Origin: Pristiophorus japonicus
Lineage: Eukaryota
Assembly (NCBI RefSeq): GCF_044704955.1
Contig: NC_091997.1
Coordinates: forward strand, 83,018,001-83,082,000
Direction: 5' to 3'
DNA length: 64,000 bases
Shown one piece after another: positions 35,560-46,945 of the stretch. Numbering within the stretch: the stretch's first letter is position 1; every line of letters starts with the position of its first letter. Under the pieces are notes generated by a model. That model had not been told where the DNA came from and made no database searches. It saw only the letters and a program-made list of their open reading frames with translations. The position numbers and the translations under genes are program-made.

Positions 35560-38500
35560 TCACAGTTTAAGTCTCTCTGGTGGTTTACACTCCCTTGCAG
35601 AACGCCTGAGTTGGGGCTCCGGTTGTTGGGAGATGGCCTGAGTGTCAGATGTTTGCGGTGCCTCAGGCCTGTCCGGACTGCTCACAGTGACTGGGCTCTC
35701 CTCCACTTGGTTCCGGTGTTCGGTCACCTGTGGCAGAGTAAACTCTACATCGTGTTCTTCCTCTGCTTCTTCTATGGGGTTGCTGAACCTCCTTTTAGAT
35801 TGATCCACGTGTTTGTGGCAGATTTGTCCATTGGTAAGTTTAACTACCAAAACCCTATTCCCCTCTTTGGCAATCACAGTGCCTGCAAGCCATTTGGGCC
35901 CTGCAGCGTAATTAAGGACAAAAACAGGGTCATTGACCTCAATACATCGCGCCGTCGTATTCCTGTCATGGTAGTCACATTGTGACTGGCGCCTGCTCTC
36001 AACAATTTCGTTCATAGTAGGGTGTATAAGGAATAACCTGGTTTTGAGCGTCCTTTTCATTAGCAGCTCTGCAGGTGGAACCCCTGTGAGCGAGTGTGAT
36101 CGGGATCTATTGGCCAACAGGAGGCGTGATAAGCGGCTTTGTAGGGAACCCCCTTGGATTCTGAGCATCCCCTGTTTGATTATCTGCACTGCTTGTTCCG
36201 CCTAGCCGTTTGAGGCCGGCTTGAATGGTGCCATTCTGACATGGTTGATTCCATTGCCTGCCATGAAATCCTGGAATTCAGTGCTTGTGAAGCACGGGCC
36301 ATTGTCACTGACCAAGACATCCGGTAGACCATGGGCGACGAACATTGCCCGTAGACTTTCTACCATGGCAGAGGATGTGCTTGAATTTAGAATGGCACAC
36401 TCAATCCATTTGGAATAGGCGTCTACGACAACCAAAAACATTTTTCCCATGAAAGGACCTGCGTAGTCCACATGGATGCGTGACCATGGCTTGGCGGGCC
36501 AGGACCAGGGGCTAAGGGGGGCTTCCCTGGGTGCGTTGCCCAGCTGAGCACACGTGTTGCACCCGCGAACACAAAGTTCCAGGTCTGCATCTATCCCTGG
36601 CCACCAAACATGTGACCTGGCACTTGCCTTCATCATGACAATGCCCGGGTGCTCATTGTGAAGTTCTCCGATAAACACCTCTCTGCCCATCTGGGGCATG
36701 ACTACTCAGTTTCCCCACAGTAGGCAATCGGCCTGAATCGAGAGTTCATCCTTGCGTCTATGAAACGGTTTAAATTCCCCAGGGCATGCCCCGTACGTGG
36801 CTGCCCAGTCCCCATTCAGGACACATTGCTTAACTAAAGACAGTAGCGGGTCTTTATTTGTCCAGACTTTAATCTGACGGGCTGTCACAGGTGAACCTTC
36901 GCTTTCGAAAGCTTCAACAGCCACGACCATCTCAGCATCATGCTCGGTAGTCCCCTCAGTGGTGGCTAGTGGTAGCCTACTGAGTGCATCGACGCAGTTT
37001 TCAGTGCCCGGTCTGTGCCGAATTGTATAGTCATAGGCGGCTAACGTAAGTGCCCACCTCTGTATGTGGGCTGATGCATTCGCATTTGTGGCCTTGTTGT
37101 CAGCCAAAAGGGACGTTAGGGGTTTGTGATCTGTCTCCAGCTCAAATTTCCTGCCAATCAGGTACTGGTGCATTTTTTTAATTGCATATACACATGCTAG
37201 CGCTTCCTTTTCTACCAACCCGTAGCCCCTTTCTGGCTGGGACAGACTTCTGGAGGAATAAGCTACCGGCTGTAACTGACCATTGGCATTCACATGCTGC
37301 AACACACACCCGACCCCATAGGACGACGCATCGCACGTTAAAACAAGTTTCTTATACGGGTCATATAACGTTGACAGTTTGTTAGAGTATAACAAATTGC
37401 GTGCTCTATCCAAAGCCCTTTCCTGGCTGTCCCCCCAGACCCAATTGCGATCTTTGCGTAGGAGCACGTGTAGCGGCTCTAGCAGCGTGCTCAATTTGTG
37501 AAGAAAGTCACCAAAATAATTCAGGACCCCAGGAACGAACGCAGCTCCGTCGTGTTACGGGGTCTGGGTGCTCTCTGGATCTCTTCCGTTTTGGACGCAG
37601 TAGGTCTGATCCCGTCTGCTGCTACCCTCCTCCCCAGGAATTCTACCTCTGGAGCTAGGAAGACGCAATTCGCCTTTTTCAGTCGTAGCCCTACCCGGTC
37701 CAATCTCCTCCAGGTTGTGGAGGTGTTCTTCAGTATCGCGACCCATGATGAGGATGTCGTCTTGAAAAACCACCGTCCCTGGAATCGACTTGAGGAGGCT
37801 TTCCATATTTCGTTGAAAGATTGCGGCGGCCGAACGTATCCCGAACAGACATCTGTTATACTCAAACAACCCCTTATGTGTTGTGATGGTGGTCAGCTTC
37901 TTTGACTCACTCGCCAGCTCCTGGGTCATGTAAGCTGAGGTCAGGTCCAATTTTGAAAAAAGTTTGCCACCGGATAGCGTCGCAAAGAGGTCCTCCGTTC
38001 TCGGTAGCGGGTACTGGTCTTGGAGTGACACCCGATTGATGGTGGCCTTGTAATCACCACATATCCTGACCGACCCATCCGCCTTGAGCACCGGCACAAT
38101 CGGGCTCGCCCAGTCACTGAATTCGACTGATGCCTTCCCTCAGCAGGCGGTCTAATTCGCATTCTATCTTTTCCCGCATCATATACCGCTCTGGCCTTGT
38201 GGTGTACTGGCCTGGCGTCCGGGTTTATGTGAATCACTACTTTGGCCCCCATGAAAGTGCCGATGCCGGGTTGAAATAATGAGTCAAATTTATCCAAGAC
38301 TTGTGAGCATGATACTCGCTCCACAGGAGAAATTACATTGACATCGCCCCATTTCCAGTTCATGACAGCCAACCAACTCCTCCCCAGCAGTGCGGGACCG
38401 TCCCCCGGGACAATCCAGAATGGCAACCTGTTCTCCGAATCTTTGTGGGTCACGACTACCGTGACACTGCCTAGCACCGGAATGCTCTCCTTTGCATATG

Positions 38501-39716
38501 TCCGTAGCTGTGCGTCAATCGGCAATAATTTTGGCCTCCTGGCCTTGGACACCCACAACCTTTCGAACTGTTTGATACTCATCAAGGACTGGCTGGCTCC
38601 TGTGTCTAGCTCTAATGATACTGGGATGTCATTGAGGAGCACTTTCATCATTATCGGTGGCGTCCTGGTGTATGAACTGTATATGTGCTCCACATGAACT
38701 CGCTGAACTTCAGCTTCCAACAATTTCCCCCAGTATTCATTTGGCCTCATAGGGCTTACATTGGGCCCGTCCTCTTCGTACATCAACCTGGCTGCAGGCT
38801 TCCTGCACATACGCGCCAAGTGACCGCTGACGTTGCAGTTTCTGCAAGCATATTGCTGATACCTGCAAGCTCTGGCTGGGTGTTTGCCTTCACACCTCCA
38901 GCATGAGCTGAAGGCCCCGTTGTTGGAAACAAAAGGTCCATTACCAGTCGATCGTCTCTGACTGTCTCTGTAACTGTCTTAAGCGCACCATTAACAGGTG
39001 TTGATGGCCCCATTACTGGCCGCATTGTCCATTGTGATGGCATGAATCGCCGTTCAGCTAGCCATTGTCTCTGTTGACTTCCCCCTTTGGGTTCGACTAC
39101 ATGCTGGGGCATGTCCGATTGCCCCTGTCTGTCTGGAGAACTGTGTGCCGCGTTAACAATGTTGACTCCCTGGTCGCATTTGAGCCAAGATTTTTGTCAT
39201 ACATCATTCTGGTCTCTTCCTCCCCTGAGATAAATGTCTGGGCTATCAAAGCCGCCGCTTCCAAGGTCAAGTCTTTGGTCTCAATCAGTTTCCTGAAAAC
39301 CCCAGCGTGCCCAATGCCCTCAATAAAAAAGTCTCACAGCATCTCCGCTCTGCATGCATCTGGGAACTTACATAGGCTCGCCAGTCAACGGAGATCTGCC
39401 ACGAAGTCTGGAACGCTTTGCCCTTCTCGCCGCCGTTGCGTGTAAAACCGGTGTCTCGCCATGTGCATGCTGCTCGCCTGTTTAAGGTGTTCCCCGATCA
39501 ACTTACTGAGCTCTTCGAACGTCTTGTCCGCTGGCTTCTCTGGCGCTATAAGGTCCTTCATCAGGGAGTATGTTCTGGATCCACAAACCGTCAGGAGATG
39601 AGCCCTGCGTTTGTCGGCTGAATCCTGTCCCTGCCATTCCTTAGTGACAAAAATTTGCTGTAGTCTCTCAATAAATCACCAACACAGTACCTCTCTTCTA
39701 TGCTGCTAGTGGCCAT
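35560..39716 (-). pseudogene. Disrupted gag-pol polyprotein
   Basis: CCHC knuckle CRNCNVSGHLARMC (about 38805-38847), protease LDTGAS, RT FQDDILI, RNase H CDASSYGVG/TDHKPL, integrase H..HPG..CNTC, VDYAGPF, VSDNG. It is broken into at least six ORFs by stops and frameshifts. Confidence 0.92.
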
Positions 39717-39752
39717 GCTCGCGTGGTTTAAATCCCAGTTTCTCGTCGTCAA

Positions 39753-39999
39753 TGATATTTCCTTACTAGACAGTATAAATGCACACGAGGCCCATACTTA
39801 AGAGAAGGTCACTCTGTGACCAGTTACCTTTATTACCAAGACCTCAATTGATGAAGGTGGGTGGAGCTTCCCCTTTTATACCTGAAAGTCCAGATTAGGA
39901 GTGTCTCCCATAAGTTCACCCCTTTGTGGTCAATGTTCTCAAGGTGTACAACTTAGGTCAGCTTATACATGGGTTACAATGATAGTTGAATACATGACA
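39753..39999 (-). repeat. Gypsy 5' LTR
   Basis: Direct repeat of 35285-35531. The minus strand carries a TATAAAA and an AATAAA. Confidence 0.95.
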
Positions 40000-40069
40000 C
40001 ATCTTTCACTAGTTTGAACCTGCTTCCCCATATCCTACTCTTGCAATTCAATTTTAAGTAATATTGGGG

Positions 40070-40672
40070 TACGATAACATAGAGGTTATGTTACTGCATT
40101 AACAATTCAGAGGCCTCGAGTAATGATCCAGAGACATGAGTTCAAATCCCACCATGGCAGCTGGATGATTTAAATTCAGTTAATTAAGTAAATCAGGAGT
40201 AAAAAGCTAATATCAGTAATGGTGACTGTTATGTATGTAACCCTTGGCAACCTGTGTCACACCACCACCAGAGGACCTACCTATTGGAGTCCCAAGGGAT
40301 CCCAGCATCCCTTGAGAGGACTGTATATAAGCAGGCCACCCACGCTGTACCAGCACTCTGATGTTTAATTAAAGGAGCTAAGGTCACACTTACTCATTGC
40401 ATACAGTACTCAGTTTCATCCTTTATTATGAGCGTAACAGTGACCATGAAACTATTGGATTGTCATAAAAACCTATCTGGTTCACTAATGTCCTTTAGGT
40501 AAGGAAATCTGCTGCCCTTACCCGGTCTGGCCGACATGTGACTCCAGACCCACAGCAATGTGATTGACTTTCAACTGCCCTCTGAAATAGTGGTTCACCC
40601 CCACCTTAGTCAGGGGCAAGTAGGGATGGGAAATAAATGCTGGACTTGCCAGTGACACCCACATCCCGCAAA
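40070..40672 (+). mobile_element. tRNA-derived SINE of a second family, interrupted by a solo LTR
   Basis: B-box-like gagttcaaatccc at about 40138. Its 3' tail aataaatgctggacttgccagtgacacc matches the LINE tail at 14090-14120. Confidence 0.65.
40227..40439 (+). mobile_element. Solo LTR (213 bp)
   Basis: Termini tgtta..taaca, TSD GTGAC (40222-40226 and 40440-40444), internal tatataa and attaaa. Confidence 0.9.
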
Positions 40673-40865
40673 CGTTTAAAAACATTTTTACCTTTTACAT
40701 CCCATTTAATTTATATCTTGTTAAGATCAGCTCAGAGGAAATCCCCCAAGTACTCTGAAACAAAAAACTTACATAAATACTTAGCACCTCATCACTTCTC
40801 TCAGAAACAGCTCAAACTCTTTAACATAGAATGAAATTCTTTGCAGTGCAACAATTGTTAATATG

Positions 40866-41300
40866 TTAGCTGTGACTCAGTGGGTAGCACTTGCTCACCT
40901 CTGAGTCAGAAGGTTGTGGGTTCAAGTCCCACTCCAGGGACTTGAGCACATAAATCTAGGCTGACACTCCCAGTGCAGTACTGAGGGAGTGCTGCACTGT
41001 GGGAGGTGCCGTCTTTTGGATGAGACATTAAACCGAGGCCTCGTCTTCTCTTAAGTGCACGTAAAAGATCCCATGGCACTATTTCGAAGAAATGCAGGGG
41101 AATTATTCCCAGTGACCTGGTCAATATTCCTCAATCAACATCACAAAAACAGATTGCTGTTTGTGGGAGCTTGCTGTGCGCATATTGCCTGCCGCGTATC
41201 CTACATTGCAACAATGACTACACTTCAAAAGTACTTCATGGGCTGTAATGCGCTTAGGGACATTGTGAAAGGCGCTATATAAATGCAAGTCTTTCTTTCT
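40866..41300 (+). mobile_element. Full-length DeuSINE
   Basis: Homologous to 3005-3470 over its whole length. Confidence 0.85.
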
Positions 41301-41499
41301 TGGTAAGTAAACACAAGAGCTATTTTTGCCTAGAACAAGAACCCTCAAGCAGCAATGAGATGAAAAAAGAAAGAAGAAATATGACTACCCAGTTAAACTG
41401 TTTTTGGTGGTGTGAGTGAAGGAGGAATATCAGGAAAATTATCTTTTTTTGAAAATAGTGCCATACAAGCCTCATCCCATCCCTCTTTACCTAACTCTA

Positions 41500-42620
41500 T
41501 CATAGGAAACAGAGGAACAGGAGGAGGCCAGTCAGCCCCTCGAGCCTATTGCTCCATTCAGTTACATCATGGCAGATCTGAATCTTAACTCCATTTACCA
41601 TCTTGGTTCCATATCCCTTAATACCTCTGTCCAATAAAAATGTAGAATATCAGTTTTGTTATTTTCAATTGACCCCCTCACCTCAACAACTTTTTGGGAG
41701 AAAGTTCCAAATTTTCACTCCCTTTTGTGTGAAATATACTTTCGGACATCACACCTGAACGGCCTTACTCTATTCATTTTGTTCTGTACCCTTTCTTCAG
41801 GACTCTCCCACCAGAGGAAATAGTTTCTCTCTACCCTATCAAATCCTTTAATCATCTCAAACACCACAATTAGATCACCTCTTAATCTTCTATATTCAAG
41901 GCAACACAAGCCTAGTTCATGCAACCAGTCCTCATAATGTAACCCCTTCAGTCCCGGTATAATTCTGGTGAGTCTGCACTTCTCCCGCTCCGAGGTCTGT
42001 ATATCCTTCCTGAGGGGCGGTGCCCAAAACTGAACGCAGTTACTCCAGGTGAGGTCTATCCAGAGCTCAGTACAGCTTTAACATAACTTCTACCCCTTTG
42101 TATTCCAGCCCCCTTGAGATAAAGACCAACATTCCATGAGCTTTTAAAATATATTTTGGAATTGTTCACGCACATGGTGCTGCTCTGGTATAAAAGACCA
42201 GACATTTTGTGAGTCAGGCACTTTGGGCCATAATAAAGCAGAAACAAGGTTGTACCTTGTTCAGTTAAACAGTACTCAGTTTGTACCTTTATTACATACA
42301 TAACACAATCACACGACACATTACCAGTTCATCCACCAGGCTCACAACCACCTGCCTCATCGTGGATCCCCTTAACCCAACTGGCTGGGGTTTTAATGAG
42401 CCTTGTGAACATCACATGACTGGCTAAGCCACTCCAAACTCAACAGCTCTACCAACCTGTGAGCACACTCGTGGGTACATACATTACAAACTCCATCTGC
42501 CACATGTTTTGCCCACTCACCGAATCGATCAATGTCCCTTTGCAACCTTCTGCTTCCAGCTACGCAACTGACTGTGCCACCTAACTTAGTATCATCAACA
42601 AACTTAGGTATACGACTCTC
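41500..42620 (-). mobile_element. Old CR1 fragment interrupted by two fused LTR remnants (about 42160-42305 and 42306-42488)
   Basis: ORF 41715..41924 (LEYRRLRGDLI). 42306-42488 matches 43139-43321. 42160-42305 has tataaaa, aataaa and a taaca end. Confidence 0.7.
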
Positions 42621-42902
42621 TAATCAGCATAACCTTGTAATCCTTTCTCCCTCAGGGTAAGACAGAAGGCTCATCTGACGGCCATCATTCCCTCATCTTC
42701 AGCATCCTCCAATCACTTTCAAATCACAATTCTTCCTGTTTCTATTTAGTTGATACTATCATGATCATTGATCCTCTGAACTTTCCCCTCTTGTTTCTCC
42801 TAAGCTCTAAATGGATCGCCCTTTACCCCTTCCTTCTTTGCAGCTCCAGTGTTGATTTTGTTATTTATTAAAAGTATTTTAATGCATGAGAGAACAGAAC
42901 TT

Positions 42903-42973
42903 GACTTACTATCCAATTGGATTGCGGGCCAGTTTGATTGACAGGCAAATAGACCAATAAAATGCTCTGTGCA
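42903..42973. promoter_or_regulatory. CCAAT-TGATTGACAG-CCAAT module, copy 2
   Basis: CCAAT at 42913, TGATTGACAG at 42935-42944, CCAAT at 42954. Aligns without gaps to 32181-32251. Confidence 0.55.
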
Positions 42974-43047
42974 AATAGCAGTAAGTTTATTTTTATATTG
43001 TACAGTTTACACACATCATTGTATCTTTGTATCTGCTTTATCATGTG

Positions 43048-43321
43048 TGTAATGTATTTCCTTCATGGGTTCTTTGCTTAAGAATTCATGGCAACACATT
43101 ACTATTAAGAACTAGTTGGTTTATTTGCAAAGGTTCAACAATCACACGACACATTACCAGTTCATCCACCAGGCTCACAACCACCTACCTCATCGTGGAT
43201 CCCCCGAACCCAACTGGCTGGGGTTTTATTGAGTCTTGTAAACATCACGTGACTGGCTAAGCCACTCCCAACTCATCAGCTCTACAAACCTGTGAGCATG
43301 CTCACCGGAGCATACATTACA
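43048..43321 (-). mobile_element. Solo LTR (274 bp)
   Basis: 10-bp terminal inverted repeat tgtaatgtat..atacattaca and a 4-bp TSD TGTG (43044-43047 and 43322-43325). Confidence 0.85.
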
Positions 43322-44244
43322 TGTGTCAGTAATTAGGAGTTTTAGTTTTATTGTATCCAACTCTTTCAGTGACACTGCTGTGTTTGTGAAGTACATATAC
43401 AGCATGTTCCATATTCAGTGAATTTTAGTCGATTTTGACACTCTCTTGCTGTAATTCATGTTTTCCAAGGACCTTGAAATGCCTCACAACCCTCAGTCTT
43501 CCACTTCCTGTGCAAGATGAAGTCCTTTTAAAACTCAAACTTGGTGTAGCTTGCCCCCGACCCCGCACCCCCCACCCCCCGAATCAAATAGCCCACCAAT
43601 CCTCATTTTCCCTCTTGAATGTGTTGTTGTTCAGTTCGCCTCCCCAGTGGCCGTCTTTCGTGAGTGTGCTCAGATCATGAATGTCAGCAGGCTATTCAAC
43701 CTTGGAGGGCATCGCAACCAAGCCTGACCTTGTCTGCACTTGTGCAGTTTTTAAACGGCAATTGTAGCACCCAAAGTACTGGCACACTTTGAGATCTAAA
43801 TCAGCACAAACTGGAATCAAACCTGGGAGCTTCTGGCCTGTATAGCTCATAGAATCTTCCCAAAGAAGGCCATTTGGCCTATTGCACCTTAGCCCATAGT
43901 CCCAAACCTTGCTCTTGCTTATCCTTTTTGATTTTTTTCCAAATATTTATCCACTTTCCTTTTAAAAGTAATGACTGTATAGATTTGCTTCCACCACTGT
44001 TTCTGGTAGGGAAATCCACACCCCAACAATCCTCATAACAAAATTATCTATTTTAATCTCTCACCTTTTCATGACCTTTAATTTATGGCCCTTAGTTAAT
44101 GACTCACCAACCAGAGGAAATAATTTTTTACACTGGGTTTCCTTCTCAAAATCTCTTAATTTTGAACAGATTTCTGTCAGATCTCCTGCTCAAATGAAAA
44201 GAGTTTGTCTAGTCTTTCTTAATAACTAAAGCAACACACTGATG

Positions 44245-45138
44245 AAAGAAAGACTTGCATTTATATAGCTCCTTTCATGACCACCGGACCCTCCAAAGTG
44301 CTTTATAGCCAATGAAGTACTTTTGAAGTGTAGTCACTGTTGTAATATAAGAAGATTGGCAGCTGATAAGCACACAGCAAGGTCCCACAAACATAATGTG
44401 ATAATGACTGAATAATCTGTTTTAGAAAGAAAGACTTGGATTTATATCGTGCCTTTCATGACCACCGGATGTCCCAAAGCGCTTTACAGCCAATGAAGTA
44501 CTTTTGGAGTGTAGTCACTGATGTAGTGTGGGAAATGCAGCAGCCAATTTGCGCACAAGCAAGCTCCCACACACAGCAATGTGATAATGACCAGATAATC
44601 TGTTTTTGTTATGTTGATTGAAATATTGGCCCCAGGACACCGGGGATATCTCCCCTGCTCTTCTTCAAAATAGTGCTGTGGGATCTTTTCCGTCCACTGA
44701 GAGAGCAGATGGGGCCTCAGTTTAATGTCTCATCCAAGACACGGCACCTCCGACAGTGCAGTACTCCCTCAGCAGTACACTGGAGTAAAAGTATAAATCA
44801 AGTGTCCCCTTTAAAAGGAGGCACTGAAACCAACAAATAAACAAATTAAACTTTGGACATTAAACAAATCAAATTAAAATTTGGTTGCCGGGGGGTTTAA
44901 ATGCACTCCAGTCCTTCCGGAATCCACCTCTCAACATAGGAGTGTCAGTATAGATTTTTTTTAGTGACATTGTTTGAGGGATAAATATTGACCAGGACAC
45001 TGAGGCGAATTCCCAGTTTAACGTCTTATCTGAAAGATGGCACCTCAGTACTGCACTGGGAGTGTCAGACCAGAATTTCTGCTCAGGTCTCCAGAGTGGA
45101 CTTAAGCTCACAGCCTCCTGACTGAGCCACAGCTGACA
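44245..45138 (-). mobile_element. Stack of DeuSINE copies (44245-44425, 44426-44786, 44945-45138) with a Tx1-like tail (44795-44920)
   Basis: Repeated reverse-complement homology to 3005-3470. Confidence 0.75.
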
Positions 45139-45399
45139 CCTTTGCATGAGCAGTTAGGGAAGGTGGCACAGTTTGTAGGCTTACACTTTAGATGTGTAAC
45201 ATGGGTGAAGTACATCTCGTCCCCTCCGCAAACACTTCGCCCTCCCTCCCCCGCCTTCCCCCATGGACTGCAGGGTGACGCAGTGACATTGCTGAGATGC
45301 CATGACAGATTGGTACCATGGTATCTCAGGAATGTCATTAGAATTCATTTGATGCAATTGATTTTGTTCTTGTATATTTTGAAACTCTTTTGAGTTCAC

Positions 45400-45725
45400 C
45401 TGTGAAAACATAAAAACAATAAACGGTGCCACCCGACCTGGGTGACACTCCAGACATTNNNNNNNNNNNNNNNNNNNNNNNNNNNNNNNNNNNNNNNNNN
45501 NNNNNNNNNNNNNNNNNNNNNNNNNNNNNNNNNNNNNNNNNNNNNNNNNNNNNNNNNNNNNNNNNNNNNNNNNNNNNNNNNNNNNNAATTTTCCCCAGTG
45601 CCCCCTATAAAAGGGAAGGGGGACACTAAAAGCACCGGCAATTAAAACAAATTAAACTTTAAAACGTAAAATCAAATTAAAATTTGGTTGCCGGGCGTGA
45701 TGATGCACTCCAGTCCCTCCGGTGC
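45400..45725 (-). mobile_element. Tx1/L1-like 3' terminus spanning a 128-N gap (45459-45586)
   Basis: 45590-45725 is homologous to 44795-44920 and to the reverse complement of 11310-11430. Confidence 0.55.
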
Positions 45726-45799
45726 CTATATTTTGAATTAACCTTCAATTTTGTTCCAGGTGAAGATTGAATGACTCTCTGAGAGAGCATTTGGATTTC

Positions 45800-45951
45800 T
45801 TTCAGGCCGGAACGTTTATGCTGAGCTGGTGGTGCAGTGGGGGACCGACGGCTAGCTGCACCGTTTGCGTGTGCGGTGTGCGCAGGGGGAATGTGTCCGG
45901 GCGGACGGGAGTCGGCTCAATGGCCGCTGTCGGGGCTGAGGGCGGCGGGGG
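45800..45951 (+). promoter_or_regulatory. TRIP4: TRIP4 CpG-rich promoter / 5' UTR
   Basis: CpG-rich segment immediately upstream of exon 1, with an ETS-like CCGGAA at 45807-45812. Confidence 0.6.
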
Positions 45952-46043
45952 ATGATGGGCGGCGAGGGGGAGGCCTTGTTGCACTGGTGTCAGGAGGAGC
46001 TGGTGCAGAAGTTCAGCCTGGAGGTGAACGAGGAGCTGATCCT
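45952..46043 (+). CDS. TRIP4: Activating signal cointegrator 1 (ASC-1), exon 1 coding part
   Basis: MMGGEGEALLHWCQEELVQKFSLEVNEELI versus human GEPLVHWCTQQLRKTFGLDVSEEII. Phase-2 donor ct|gtgagt. Head-to-head with PCLAF, as in human. Confidence 0.88.
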
Positions 46044-46099
46044 GTGAGTGAGGGCCGGCGGCAGGGGGCGGGACAGGACAAACGGAGTCTCCGGGCCTC

Positions 46100-46945
46100 C
46101 CCTCCCACCCTCCCCACTCCAAAACCTCCCCCAAACACTCTCCTCCCCAACCCCCCCCTCCCCTCACCCCCATCCCCACCCCTCCCCTCCCCTCCCCTCG
46201 CACCCCCCCTCCCCTCCCCTCACACCCCCCTCCCCTCCCCTCGCACCCCCCCCTCCCCTCCCCTCCCCTCACACCCCCCTCCACTCCACTCACACCCCCC
46301 TCCCCTCCCCTCCCCTCCCCTCACACCCCCCTCCCCTCCACTCCCCTCACACCCCCCTCCACTCCACTCCCCTCACACCCCCTCCCCTCCCCTCACACCC
46401 CCTCCCCTCCCCTCACACCCCCCTCCCCTCCCCTCACACCCCCCCCTTCCCTCACACCCCCCTCCTCCCCTCACACCNNNNNNNNNNNNNNNNNNNNNNN
46501 NNNNNNNNNNNNNNNNNNNNNNNNNNNNNNNNNNNNNNNNNNNNNNNNNNNNNNNNNNNNNNNNNNNNNNNNNNNNNNNNNNNNNNNNNNNNNNNNNNNN
46601 NNNNNNNNNNNNNNNNNNNNNNNNNNNNNNNNNNNNNNNNNNNNNNNNNNNNNNNNNNNNNNNNNNNNNNNNNNNNNGGGGGGAGGAGGAGGAGAGAGAG
46701 AGAGAGAGTGGGGGGGGAAGGGGAGAGAGAGTGTGGGGGTGAGGGGGAGAGAGAGAGAGAGAGTGGGGGGGGTGGGGGAGAGAGAGAGTGCGGAGGGGGG
46801 AAGAGAGTGGGGAGCGGCCGGGGGGAGGGAGTGGGGGCGGGTGTTGGGGGGAGGGGTAAGGAGGTGTTGGGTGGGAGGGGGAGTGGGAGTGGGGAGGGGG
46901 AGAGGTGAGCGGGGGGAGGGAGGGGAAGGAATGGGGGGGGCATTA
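46100..46945. repeat. C-rich (CCCCT/CACAC) and G-rich low-complexity tracts on either side of a 200-N gap (46478-46677)
   Basis: Seen directly. Confidence 0.95.

Larger units (their letters stand above)
35285..39999 (-). mobile_element. Full-length decayed Ty3/Gypsy LTR retrotransposon (4715 bp)
   Basis: Two 247-bp TG..CA LTRs, TSD CATCT (35280-35284 and 40000-40004), PBS-like ttgacgacgag next to the 5' LTR, PPT ggtggggaggtga next to the 3' LTR, and domain order gag-PR-RT-RH-IN. Confidence 0.97.

Noticed and set aside
35560-39716. Domesticated or active Gypsy gene
   Set aside because: Multiple stops and frameshifts in gag, RT and integrase, a degenerate PBS and diverged LTRs indicate neutral decay.
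44795-45725. Apparent false duplication around the 128-N gap
   Set aside because: The two segments are clearly diverged and related copies occur at 11310 and 34040, so they are independent Tx1-like 3' ends.
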